Source: Xanthobacteraceae bacterium
GTDB taxonomy: Bacteria > Pseudomonadota > Alphaproteobacteria > Rhizobiales > Xanthobacteraceae
Assembly (NCBI GenBank): GCA_041487815.1
Contig: JBGPOB010000001.1
Location: 1-32,100 of the forward strand
DNA length: 32,100 bases
Reading direction: 5' to 3'
Each line of letters starts with the position of its first letter. The first letter of the stretch is position 1. Made by a program: the position numbers and the translations under genes. Shown here piece by piece: positions 1 to 7,885 of the stretch. The notes beneath the pieces were generated by a model that had not been told where the DNA came from, made no database searches, and worked only from the letters and a program-made list of their open reading frames with translations.

Positions 1-454
1 CAACCCGCCTGCCCCGCCCTCGCCGATCACGGAAATCGCCGCGGTTACAAACGCCGACACCGCGGCACCACCTGCGCCTAGCTCACGTGCACCCTTGGCG
101 GACGCAGCCCGCGCAGCGCCCCTCCCTGCGGTCGCGGCTGAATCCCCGCCGCAACCACCCGGTCCGCTGTCATTTGCAGCGATCGACCGGCACGAGAGCC
201 TGCCGAACCACAGCGGCTGGATGATCCAGGTCGGGGCGCTGGAAACGCTTGAAGCCGCCCATCAACGCATCGCGATCGTCCGTGCCAAGGCCGCGAACCT
301 GCTCAATCATAGCAGCGCGTTCACCGAGCCCGTCGCCAAGGGCGACCGGACGCTTTATCGCGCGCGTTTTGCCGGGCTTGAGAAGGCCAGCGCGGAAGCG
401 GCCTGCAAGGCGCTCAAGCGCGCCGACATCGTCTGCATGGCGATCAGGAATTGA
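1..454 (+). CDS. SPOR domain-containing protein, C-terminal part (5' end outside window)
   Basis: The frame of the 95..454 track ORF stays open back to nt 2, so the gene enters from upstream. A Pro/Ala-rich linker is followed by GWMIQVGAL...TLYRARFAGL...ACKALKRADIVCMAI, the pattern of a SPOR peptidoglycan-binding domain. TGA at 452-454. Confidence 0.75.
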   Translation, partial: NPPAPPSPITEIAAVTNADTAAPPAPSSRAPLADAARAAPLPAVAAESPPQPPGPLSFAAIDRHESLPNHSGWMIQVGALETLEAAHQRIAIVRAKAANLLNHSSAFTEPVAKGDRTLYRARFAGLEKASAEAACKALKRADIVCMAIRN

Positions 455-550
455 AACCGATTGGTAACCACCGCCGTGTGAAGCTGATGACCTTGCGCAT
501 CGGAAACGGCCGATCGCGCACCGTAACTTGCAGTAGAGTTAGGTTGTCAC

Positions 551-1255
551 TCAGCGATGGCGTCTCAAAAGTACATCCTTGGCTTCATTGACGCGGGCCG
601 CGAGATACGTCGACCCCCCTTGGTCGGGGTGCAATTTCTTCATCAGCAAACGATGAGCCCGGCTGATTTCGGACGCCGAGGCGCCCGGCGCCACGCCAAG
701 GATCTGATAGGCCTCCTGTTCCGTCATTTTGCCGGAGGACGGCGGGCCAGCCTCCCGCGCTGCCGCACCACCATCAGCGTGTTCACGCCAGCTGGGGTCC
801 CGGCGGTCGAGATAAGCGCCGAGTAGCGCGCGGCTCTCCTCATCGATGTCGCGCAACAGCGCCATCAGCGTCGCCACATCGAGCGCATCAAGCGTAACGC
901 CCTGGTAGCGTCCGGCGAGGACGCGGCCGGACATCGCGCCGCTATCGTGGTCGAGCTCCATTTCCACGAATGCGGAGCGCACGCGCGAAACCTGGCCGGT
1001 GCTTTTGGTCGCGCGCTGCCCGAAACCCGCCGCTCTGAACGGCCCCCAGCCAAGCAACCCCAGCCCGGTGGCGCCGAGCGGAACCGCGATCGCGAGTTGG
1101 CCGCGGAATGCAAGAAACGCCGCTGCGGCCACGGCCGCGACGCCGCCGGCCGTCCGCATCCCGAGCGCAAGCCCCTTCGGATTGGCTTTCGTGAACACGT
1201 TGAGCGCCCACATCACGATCAGCAGCGCGACAATACCGATGATAATCGTGGGCAT
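551..1255 (-). CDS. membrane-anchored J-domain co-chaperone (C-terminal J domain of Tim14/Pam18/DNAJC19 type)
   Basis: 234 aa. The N-terminus has 2-3 hydrophobic segments (MPTIIIGIVALLIVMWALNVF, GVAAVAAAAFLAF, AIAVPLGATGLGLLGWGPF). The C-terminus reads EAYQILGVAPGASASEISRAHRLLMKKLHPDQGGSTYLAARVNEAKDVLL, with the HPD motif. The ATG at 1253-1255 lies 2 nt after the stop of the upstream VWA gene. Confidence 0.85.
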   Translation of the reverse strand: MPTIIIGIVALLIVMWALNVFTKANPKGLALGMRTAGGVAAVAAAAFLAFRGQLAIAVPLGATGLGLLGWGPFRAAGFGQRATKSTGQVSRVRSAFVEMELDHDSGAMSGRVLAGRYQGVTLDALDVATLMALLRDIDEESRALLGAYLDRRDPSWREHADGGAAAREAGPPSSGKMTEQEAYQILGVAPGASASEISRAHRLLMKKLHPDQGGSTYLAARVNEAKDVLLRRHR

Positions 1256-1257
1256 GG

Positions 1258-1986
1258 CTATTTCATCTGTTGCAACAGGCGCGTCGCTGCGGAATTGCCG
1301 ACCGCCGCCGCCAACGCCTTGCGGCCGCCGGCGGCATAGGCAGCCACCGCGCGCAAGAGCTCCGCCAGCTCATGCGCCGCACCCGGCGTGAACCGGCAGT
1401 AGGCGCCGTTCGACAGCTGCGCAATGGCGCGAAACGCGTTGGCCGCGATCGGATCGTCGCCCTCCTGAAAGATGAAGGCGGGAACGCCGAGCAGGCCAAG
1501 TTCCCCCGCGAGCGCACAGAGGTCGTCGAGTTTTTCTTCCATCGCGTCGCCGACAAACACCAGCGCCTGCACCTTCTGGGTCTCACATTCACGGCGGGCA
1601 TGCGCCAGCACCTTGCCGATCTGCGTGTGGCCGCCCCGGCAGTCGATCTTTTCCATCAACGCAGCCAACTCGCGCGCATCGGACACCCAGCGCGAGGCGC
1701 GGCACTCGCCGAACCCGCGGTAATAGACGAGCTGGATATCGAGCCCGCCGATGGCGGCGGCTTCGCGAAACATGTCGGCCTGCAGCGCGCAAGCCATGTC
1801 CCAGGTCGGCTGCCGGCTCATCGTAGCGTCGAGCGCAAACGCCAGCCGTCCGCGCTGGCCGTGCGCGCGGGAGGAAGGCGACAGCGCGCCCGCGGTTTTC
1901 AGGAACGCGTCGATATCCGCCCGCGCGTTGGACGATATCGGGTTTTTGCCACCCAACTTGGCGTCGGCATCGCGGTCATCGGCCAT
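1258..1986 (-). CDS. cytoplasmic von Willebrand factor A (VWA) domain protein
   Basis: 242 aa with no signal peptide. It has a MIDAS-like D-A-T-M-S (LAFALDATMS) and a later VFVGDAMEE, in a Rossmann-like alternation of hydrophobic strands typical of VWA. The TAG at 1258-1260 is followed 2 nt later by the J-protein start. Confidence 0.8.
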   Translation of the reverse strand: MADDRDADAKLGGKNPISSNARADIDAFLKTAGALSPSSRAHGQRGRLAFALDATMSRQPTWDMACALQADMFREAAAIGGLDIQLVYYRGFGECRASRWVSDARELAALMEKIDCRGGHTQIGKVLAHARRECETQKVQALVFVGDAMEEKLDDLCALAGELGLLGVPAFIFQEGDDPIAANAFRAIAQLSNGAYCRFTPGAAHELAELLRAVAAYAAGGRKALAAAVGNSAATRLLQQMK

Positions 1987-2229
1987 GGGATTTGCGCCCG
2001 TAACAGGTCATGCCAACTATATAGGAGATGCCCGCCGTAACGCATGAACCGACGAAAGCCTGCCCTCGACCTGATCGGGGGTGGAATCGGGCCGCAGACA
2101 AGATCATGCGCAAGATTAATAGGTTAGCGGGCGATCGCAGACAAAATCGCTATCCCCTATTGCTCATCGCGCTCGATGCGCAGCCGCCGCCCGCGACCGT
2201 GGTTTCCCGCCCGGGCGGGCAAAGCACAG

Positions 2230-3168
2230 CTACTCACCCAAGATATCGTGCAATTCCAATGGCTTTACCACAGATTGTGCCCAAGCCGCGCGGGCCTCGG
2301 CGCGCTTGCGGCCGCGTTCGTCAATCGGCAGCTTGAGCGCCGCCAGCAGCGCCTCCACCTCCTGACGCGCCGAAACATGGGTCAGGCTTGGGCGGGTGCC
2401 GAGGGTATCCTCGTCGAGATCGTCGAGTGCGCTGAGCCCGCGTGGAAAAAACTCCCGGTAGACGACGCGCTCGGCGAACCCGTCGACGAAGCGAAACCCG
2501 AGCTGGTGAGCGAGTTCGTTGACGCCGTCCGCCACCAGCCGCCGGTTGCGCGACCCGAGCATCGAGAGCCGGTTGCGGACCACCACCCAGTCGATGATCT
2601 TGCCGTCGACAAGGCGCCGCTGTCGGCGCGCTTCGCGCACCATTTCCGCGTAATGGCTGGTCGCGGTGACCGCATAGGTCTGCGCATCGACGCTGGCAAG
2701 CACGTCGAAGTCGACAAAGCTGTCGTTGAGCGGCGTGACCAGCGTATCCGCCATCGAGTGCGCGATCCGCGTCAGGTAGCCGTCGGTCCCGGGCGTGTCG
2801 ATCACCACGAAATCGTGGGTGTGCTCGACCTGCGAGATCGCCGCGGCAAAACCGGAGAACTCAACGGCTTCATTCTCGTCGATTCGCACGCTTTCGCCGC
2901 GCGACACGCAAAAATGCTCCGGAAGCTCGAGATCGAGCTTGGCGCGTTTGGCCCAGGCGCGGCGATTGTTGACGTAGTGCGTAAAGCTGCTCTGACGGGC
3001 GTCGAGATCGATGGTGGCGACGCGCTGACCGGCCTTCAGCAAGGCGATCGCGATATGCATGGCGGTAGTCGATTTGCCGGAGCCGCCCTTTTCGTTACCG
3101 ACGACGACGACGTGTGCTGAGAATGGTTTGTCGTAGTCCTGTTCGAGCGCGCCAGTTCTCACTAACAT
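2230..3168 (-). CDS. mipZ: division-plane positioning ParA-like ATPase MipZ
   Basis: Deviant Walker [19 protein letters not shown], then [24 protein letters not shown] and [11 protein letters not shown]. These match Caulobacter MipZ as I remember it. GGAGG sits 4 nt upstream of the ATG at 3168, so I prefer that start to the track start at 3189. The gene is divergent from panC, as in other alphaproteobacteria. Confidence 0.85.
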   Translation of the reverse strand: MLVRTGALEQDYDKPFSAHVVVVGNEKGGSGKSTTAMHIAIALLKAGQRVATIDLDARQSSFTHYVNNRRAWAKRAKLDLELPEHFCVSRGESVRIDENEAVEFSGFAAAISQVEHTHDFVVIDTPGTDGYLTRIAHSMADTLVTPLNDSFVDFDVLASVDAQTYAVTATSHYAEMVREARRQRRLVDGKIIDWVVVRNRLSMLGSRNRRLVADGVNELAHQLGFRFVDGFAERVVYREFFPRGLSALDDLDEDTLGTRPSLTHVSARQEVEALLAALKLPIDERGRKRAEARAAWAQSVVKPLELHDILGE

Positions 3169-3295
3169 GCCGCCTCCGACTGCAACCATTCTTCGTTGTG
3201 TTTGTTTCGATGGTCAAGAATTATTCGCGACGCGCTCGCTGCTGTCCGCTGCGACATTTGCAAACTCCGACAACCCGGCAATTGTGGCAAGCAAG

Positions 3296-4153
3296 ATGGC
3301 AAAACGCTTGAAGGTGGCGCGCACGCTCTCCGCGCTCGACCAAGCGCGCGCGCGGTTTGGCGCAGCCGGCAAAGATGTTGCACTGGTGCCGACCATGGGC
3401 GCGCTTCACGCTGGACATTTGGCGTTGGTCAGACTGGCGAGACGAAAAGCATCGCGCGTGATTGTGTCGATTTTCGTCAATCCCGTGCAATTCGCCCCGC
3501 ATGAGGATTTTGATTCTTATCCGAGAACCTGGCGCGCGGACCTCGCCGCGCTCGAACGCGAAAAAATCGACCTGATCTGGGCGCCTTCCGTCAAGGTGAT
3601 GTATCCGCAAGGCTTTGCCACGCGGATCGTTCCCGAAGGTCCGGCAGTCGCGGGACTGGAAGACAAATTCCGGCCACACTTTTTCGCCGGCGTCGCGACC
3701 GTCGTCGGCAAATTGTTCCTGCAATGCCGGCCGGACATCGCCATTTTCGGGCAGAAGGACTACCAGCAGCTCAAGGTCGTGACCCGGCTCGCCCGCGATC
3801 TCGGCCTGCCGACGAAAATCATTGGCGCGCCGACGCAGCGCGCCCCGGATGGCCTCGCGCTGTCATCGCGCAATGCCTATCTGTCGGCAGCCGAGCGCGC
3901 GGCGGCGCCAGCGCTCTACAGTGGCCTTAAGAATTGTGCGCGGGAAATTCGCGATGGCGCCGCAATCGCAGACGCAATCGCGCGTGCTCGAATAAATGTG
4001 ACCGCAGCAGGCTTTGCCATCGACTATGTCGAGGCGCGCCACGGCGAGACGCTGGCGCCGATCGGTTCGCGCGAGTCGGGCCCGATCCGGCTATTGGCCG
4101 CGGCGCGCATCGGCAAGACGCGCTTGATCGACAACGTCGCCGTCCCTGGCTAA
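3296..4153 (+). CDS. panC: pantoate--beta-alanine ligase
   Basis: [18 protein letters not shown] (HxGH-type motif), [15 protein letters not shown] and LALSSRN. The track ORF begins at 3167, but that extension overlaps the mipZ start. The internal ATG at 3296 gives a typical N-terminal length. Confidence 0.9.
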   Translation: MAKRLKVARTLSALDQARARFGAAGKDVALVPTMGALHAGHLALVRLARRKASRVIVSIFVNPVQFAPHEDFDSYPRTWRADLAALEREKIDLIWAPSVKVMYPQGFATRIVPEGPAVAGLEDKFRPHFFAGVATVVGKLFLQCRPDIAIFGQKDYQQLKVVTRLARDLGLPTKIIGAPTQRAPDGLALSSRNAYLSAAERAAAPALYSGLKNCAREIRDGAAIADAIARARINVTAAGFAIDYVEARHGETLAPIGSRESGPIRLLAAARIGKTRLIDNVAVPG

Positions 4154-4210
4154 AGTTCTATCCAATCGAGTGGAATCAACTCGCCCTTCCTAACATTTTG
4201 ATTATTGGGC

Positions 4211-4316
4211 GTGATCTCATCCGACCTCGCTTCGCCCGCCGAAGCGGGCTTCGCGCAGGCGGGAAAGTCTGCAACCCCCGGAACAAGTTCGGGGGCAGGC
4301 TTTTTCGGGATCACGC
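4211..4316. repeat. MITE/REP-like intergenic repeat, family A, full copy with two internal hairpin modules
   Basis: The ends GTGATCTCATCCGA ... TTTCGGGATCAC are imperfect inverted repeats. Internal hairpins are GCCCGCCGAAGCGGGC and CCCCCGGAACAAGTTCGGGGG. Nt 4211-4275 match the reverse complement of 7469-7534 at about 60 of 66 positions by eye. The core GGAAAGTCTGCAAC recurs at 17176-17190. Confidence 0.65.
4275..4305 (+). terminator. possible intrinsic terminator for panC, embedded in repeat A
   Basis: Hairpin CCCCCGGAAC-AA-GTTCGGGGG (one unpaired base) is followed 5 nt later by TTTTT. The T-run is not directly adjacent, so this is weak. Confidence 0.35.
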
Positions 4317-4317
4317 C

Positions 4318-4725
4318 CTAGCTCGAGCGCGCGCGCGAGAAATGCGCAATGCCCGCGGGCGGCGTCACCCAGGCGTACATCGAATCTTCCCAGATCGAGA
4401 CCGCGGGAGCCGGGAAAGCCTTGTCATTGAACGCTCCCACGGCGATGCCGACCCACCCAGGCCGCAGGTCCGCGCGCCACCCGACCGTCGAACCGCACGT
4501 CGCACAGAAATAATTGTGCAGTTGGCGCCCCTCGGGGGCGGCGCGATCATAGGTCTTGTAGTCCCCTTCAAAACGGACGGCTGCCTCGTGAAAATAGGCG
4601 TTTACCGTCAGCGGCACGCCGCTGCGCCGCTGGCATTCGGTGCAATGGCACATGTTGACCATTTCGGGAGCCGCGGACACGGTAATCCGAAATCCGCCGC
4701 ACTGGCACCGCGCAATCCTATTCAT
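4318..4725 (-). CDS. GFA family protein (CENP-V/glutathione-dependent formaldehyde-activating-like Zn-Cys domain)
   Basis: 135 aa with the Cys pattern CQCGG ... CHCTECQRRSG ... CATCGS, characteristic of the GFA/CENP-V fold. Confidence 0.85.
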   Translation of the reverse strand: MNRIARCQCGGFRITVSAAPEMVNMCHCTECQRRSGVPLTVNAYFHEAAVRFEGDYKTYDRAAPEGRQLHNYFCATCGSTVGWRADLRPGWVGIAVGAFNDKAFPAPAVSIWEDSMYAWVTPPAGIAHFSRARSS

Positions 4726-4766
4726 CGGTTCTTAGTCCAGCGGCCAGAAGCAATGACTCGCTTGTT

Positions 4767-4878
4767 GTCATCGCCCGCGAAGGCGGGCGATCCAGTTCCG
4801 CAGGCGAAATTTGATTCACGACAGGACCTTACCTTTGGCTCGTTGAATTCCGGATGCCCCGCCTTCGCGGGGCATGAC
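4767..4878. repeat. 112-bp MITE-like element, family B, with 27-bp hairpin-forming terminal inverted repeats
   Basis: The left end is GTCATCGCCCGCGAAGGCGGGCGATCC (4767-4793). The right end is GGATGCCCCGCCTTCGCGGGGCATGAC (4852-4878), and its reverse complement matches the left end at 23/27 positions. Each end is itself a hairpin. The 4 differences are paired swaps that keep each stem intact. Confidence 0.65.
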
Positions 4879-4903
4879 AAGTCAAACGCCACGGCCGCCG
4901 GCA

Positions 4904-5845
4904 TTACACCCGCTCCAGAATTTCCAGATTGGCCCGCTCACCCTCGGCCTTGGCGCTGATCGGCGCGCGCGGGAGCTTCGCGACGCCGGGTTCGACGATG
5001 AAAGTGTACTCCAGCGAATACCACGGGCCTTTCACGTCGGGCGCAGGTGGCGCGCCGCTGTCGTGGCGGACATAGTTGCCGACCAGGGTCTCGGTCACGC
5101 CAAACTGGACGTCGGTCTCCAAATTCTTGTCGTCGTTGACGTAAACCTGCGAAATGTGGGTCTTGTAGCCGGGCTTGTAGATCAGGAAATGCAGGTGCGC
5201 CGGGCGCATGTTGTGGCGGCCCTGGGCGCGGACCAGGTCGCCGACCGGTCCATCGACGGGGATCGGGTAGCCGGCGGGCTTGACGCTGCGGAAGCTGAGG
5301 CGGCCGGCGCTGTCGGTGGTGAATTTGCCGCGCAGATTCATGTCGGCCTGGCCAGGATCCTGATTTTCATAGAATCCTTCCGGCGACGACTGCCAGACAT
5401 CGACATCGGCACCGGCGATCGGCTTACCTTGCGGGTCCTTGACCCAGGCATTCACGAACAAGGCCGGCCCCGGCGTCGGCGAACGCACGATTGTGTCGCC
5501 GTTCTTGGTGCGCGGCGAATCCAGCCGCCAGAACGGGCCAAGCAGGTTCGCGGTGGTCTCGGTCTGGCCGTTGTTGCCGTTATTGATCAGGCAGATCAGC
5601 GTCGAGAAGCCGAGCGAGCCCGCCAGCAGCACGACTTCGTTGTGATTGGGGTTGGTGGCCTGCCCCAGCCGGGCGACATAGGCGCAGGCCTGATGGAATT
5701 CCTCTTCCGTGAGCTTCACCTCGCGCGCGAAATCATGCAGGTGGCGCACCGCCGCCGAAACGATCTCCTTGAGGCGCGGATTCTTGATGCGCTGCACTTC
5801 GCTCAGCACCGCGGGGGTAACGTCTTTCTGGTCCTTGATGATCAT
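4904..5845 (-). CDS. intradiol ring-cleavage dioxygenase (catechol / hydroxyquinol 1,2-dioxygenase family)
   Basis: 313 aa. An N-terminal helical dimerisation-type region is followed by LGPFW, VDVWQSSPEGFY, GRxxFRSVKPAGYPIP and RPAHLHF, the Fe(III)-ligand Tyr/His context typical of intradiol dioxygenases. GGAAG sits 7 nt upstream of the ATG. Confidence 0.85.
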   Translation of the reverse strand: MIIKDQKDVTPAVLSEVQRIKNPRLKEIVSAAVRHLHDFAREVKLTEEEFHQACAYVARLGQATNPNHNEVVLLAGSLGFSTLICLINNGNNGQTETTANLLGPFWRLDSPRTKNGDTIVRSPTPGPALFVNAWVKDPQGKPIAGADVDVWQSSPEGFYENQDPGQADMNLRGKFTTDSAGRLSFRSVKPAGYPIPVDGPVGDLVRAQGRHNMRPAHLHFLIYKPGYKTHISQVYVNDDKNLETDVQFGVTETLVGNYVRHDSGAPPAPDVKGPWYSLEYTFIVEPGVAKLPRAPISAKAEGERANLEILERV

Positions 5846-5978
5846 GGCTGCGCTTCCATTACCGTGTTCTTGGAGTTCGGACGCAACTTAGCATGCGTTA
5901 TGGCCCATCCGGCACCCCGTAGGCCGAATAGCCGCCATGGCGGCTGCCGCAAGAGCGACCCGGCGCCCGCCTGCCTAT

Positions 5979-6806
5979 CTATTTCGCCGATGCCGCGGCG
6001 TCCTGCTTGTGGGTGCGGTCGTAATAATGGCTCGCGGCCTTTTGCATCAGGTCCCAGATCACCGGATCGCGGTCGCGCGTCGGATAGGGATCGTGGTCCC
6101 AGTAATTGTAGCGATCTTCCCCGCTCACCAGCGTCGCGCCGCGCCGGCCGATAGTCGATTCGACGTGCGTCGGCAGGAACATCAGCGCGTAGCCGATGCG
6201 GCGGTCATTGGACGTGTTCGGCTCGGAGGAGTGGAACACATGGCCGTGGTGAATCGACATTTCGCCCGGCTGGAGCACGATATCGACGGCCGTGCTTTCA
6301 TCGACCTCGGCGATCGCCTGTCCGCGCGACAAGAGATTATTCTGGTCGAAGGTCTCGACGTGCTTCTGCGTGCCGCTGCGCTGGCTGCCGGGGATCACCC
6401 GCATGCAGCCGTTGTGGCGCGTGACCGCGTTGAGCGCGATCCAGACCGTGATCAAAGTCGGCGGCTTGAGGCCGAAATAGGCGTGATCCTGGTGCCAGCT
6501 TACGAACTTGCGGCCCTGCGGGTCCTTGATCCAGAAGCGGGAGGCCATGATGAACAGGTCCGGCCCGGCGATATCCTGCACGGCGCCGATAACGCGCGGA
6601 TGGCGCGCAAGCTCCCACATCCAGTTGAAATAGAGATGGCCCTTCAGGTGCAGCGTCTCGACCGCGGATTTGCCGGTCTCGGCCTCATAGGCTTCGAGCT
6701 TGCGGCGGCAATCGTCGGCTTCGGCCTCGGAGATGACACGTACGGGCGATACGAATCCGCGCTCATGGAACGCGCGAACGTCGTTGTCGCTGAGAATTTT
6801 CGGCAT
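5979..6806 (-). CDS. phytanoyl-CoA dioxygenase (PhyH) family Fe(II)/2-oxoglutarate oxygenase
   Basis: WHQDHAY (HxD), a distal HHGHVFHSS and RIGYAL. The start is taken at MPKILSDNDV (ATG at 6806), which is preceded by GGGAGG. The track ORF extends to 6959 through repeat sequence. Confidence 0.85.
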   Translation of the reverse strand: MPKILSDNDVRAFHERGFVSPVRVISEAEADDCRRKLEAYEAETGKSAVETLHLKGHLYFNWMWELARHPRVIGAVQDIAGPDLFIMASRFWIKDPQGRKFVSWHQDHAYFGLKPPTLITVWIALNAVTRHNGCMRVIPGSQRSGTQKHVETFDQNNLLSRGQAIAEVDESTAVDIVLQPGEMSIHHGHVFHSSEPNTSNDRRIGYALMFLPTHVESTIGRRGATLVSGEDRYNYWDHDPYPTRDRDPVIWDLMQKAASHYYDRTHKQDAAASAK

Positions 6807-6873
6807 CGTTGCCTCCCGCCGGCGCAAGGCGCGTTCCCGCAACCTCAAGGACGCGCTGGATTGACAACATGCT

Positions 6874-6909
6874 AAAGCATTTGCTGGCGAAGTGGGAACC
6901 GGCTCGCCG
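6874..6909. repeat. solo arm of intergenic repeat family C
   Basis: AAAGCATTTGCTGGCGAAGTGGGAACCGGCTCGCCG matches 15543-15578 (AGCGCATTTTCAGGCGAAGTGGATAGCGGTTCGCCG) at 28/36 positions by eye. Confidence 0.5.
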
Positions 6910-7007
6910 CCCGCAAATGCGACGGCGGAAATGGGACGCGAGGCGCAAGCCTCAGTCAACGATCCCGGAATTCGCTTCGCTCCATCCGGGCTATGATTAC
7001 GCCAAAG

Positions 7008-7445
7008 CTACAGCAATCCCAGATCCCGCAGTTCCCGGCGCAGATTTTCCGGCATTTTCTTGGCGCCGGGCGCGGCGCGGTCGAGATCGCGCGGCGCGGC
7101 CTTGTCCGCCAGGTAGCGCCAGCCCTGAAACGCCCGCAACGGCCGCGGCTCGACCAGGATCAGTTTCGGCGCCATCACCAGCCGGCAGCGGCCGACGCCC
7201 TCGCTGTCCACGAATGGGCGCACCGCCTTGATGACCTCGCGGCACGTGATCTGGCCACGGATCACCCAGTAGAGCGAGCCGCCGTCGATGAGCTCATCGG
7301 CGCGCTTGGGCACCATCCGGGTGGTGTGGATATGTTCGAGCTTTTCGCCGCGCGCCTTCCTTAGCTGCATGCGCTGTTTGATCCAGCCGCTCAGCTCCGC
7401 GACGGAGTCGCAGCCGACGCACAATTTGATGAGATGCAGCGGCAT
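7008..7445 (-). CDS. DUF1489 domain-containing protein
   Basis: 145 aa, MPLHLIKLCVGCDSV...HTTRMVPKR...GGSLYWVIRG...FQGWRYL. I recognise this as the conserved alphaproteobacterial DUF1489 family. The track ORF extends to 7595, but that N-terminal extension is a translated repeat (RFARRNGLRAGGKV). Confidence 0.75.
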   Translation of the reverse strand: MPLHLIKLCVGCDSVAELSGWIKQRMQLRKARGEKLEHIHTTRMVPKRADELIDGGSLYWVIRGQITCREVIKAVRPFVDSEGVGRCRLVMAPKLILVEPRPLRAFQGWRYLADKAAPRDLDRAAPGAKKMPENLRRELRDLGLL

Positions 7446-7455
7446 GATGCGCGAT

Positions 7456-7534
7456 GCGATCCTGGAAAGTTGCACGACTTTCCCGCCTGCGCGAAGCCCG
7501 TTTCGGCGGGCGAAGCGAGATCGGACACGATCAC
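7456..7534. repeat. family A repeat, inverted copy lacking the second hairpin module
   Basis: The reverse complement of 7469-7534 aligns with 4211-4275 with 5 substitutions and 1 indel. The end GCGATCCTGGAAA corresponds to TTTCGGGATCAC of copy 1. The element ends about 10 nt upstream of the DUF1489 start codon. Confidence 0.65.
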
Positions 7535-7689
7535 ACAACTGCCGCCAACACGGAAGGCGCACGTCCCGATGCAAGGACGGTCCCATGAACGTCAATGCCG
7601 CAGACGAATGTCCCCTCTTGGGCGCGGGCGGGACAACATATTCTCATCGTGAGTTTTTCGCAGTTTGACCATAAGGGACATGCGCGACG

Positions 7690-7716
7690 CAAATGACGCA
7701 TTACGATTGTCATTTG
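7690..7716. promoter_or_regulatory. inverted repeat CAAATGAC-N11-GTCATTTG upstream of the iorAB-like operon (candidate operator or leader hairpin)
   Basis: Perfect 8-bp arms at 7690-7697 and 7709-7716, in the comparatively AT-rich 530-bp gap between DUF1489 and the molybdoenzyme genes. Confidence 0.25.
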
Positions 7717-7873
7717 TGACCACGTTTTATTCCCCGGAAGACCATGCCGGAATGGATTAAATGTTGGACGCCACCCTAGCGCTCATAGCGTTATGATGTT
7801 TATAAACAAGAAGATCGGGTAGAAGCGTCGCACTGGCAAGCTGGGGCCAGTATGCTCGTGCAGGTTTCCATAC

Positions 7874-7885
7874 TCGAAATTTCGA
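7874..7885. promoter_or_regulatory. perfect 12-bp palindrome TCGAAATTTCGA (candidate dimeric regulator site)
   Basis: Self-complementary 12-mer 92 nt upstream of the ATG at 7977. No regulator gene is adjacent in the window. Confidence 0.25.

Noticed and set aside
2051-2175. Possible additional rhizobial-type intergenic repeat between the VWA gene and mipZ (GTGGAATCGGGCCGCAGACAAGATCATGCGC...)
   Set aside because: It reminds me of widespread rhizobial repeats, but its similarity to the in-window family C element is weak when aligned base by base (mostly the GTGGAA and GCGC ends). I cannot substantiate it without a genome-wide search.
2206-2219. 14-bp palindrome CCCGCCCGGGCGGG just downstream of the mipZ stop, as a terminator
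   Set aside because: No U-tract follows it on the mipZ (minus) strand, and a usable loop leaves only a short stem. It could still be a protein site, but I cannot support a terminator call.
3934-6875. Plus-strand ORFs 3934..4959 (341 aa), 4874..6154 (426 aa) and 5937..6875 (312 aa)
   Set aside because: They run through the panC 3' end, the repeat elements and the antisense strand of three well-supported minus-strand genes. Parts of them are simply translated REP/MITE sequence.
6964-6990. Hairpin CCCGGA-N15-TCCGGG downstream of the DUF1489 gene, as a terminator or REP
   Set aside because: The stem is only 6 bp with a 15-nt loop, there is no T-tract, and no second copy exists in the window.
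7834-7850. Sigma-54-like TGGCAA upstream of the molybdoenzyme operon
   Set aside because: After the 5-nt spacer, the position where the -12 TTGC element should be reads GGGC, so the bipartite consensus is not met.
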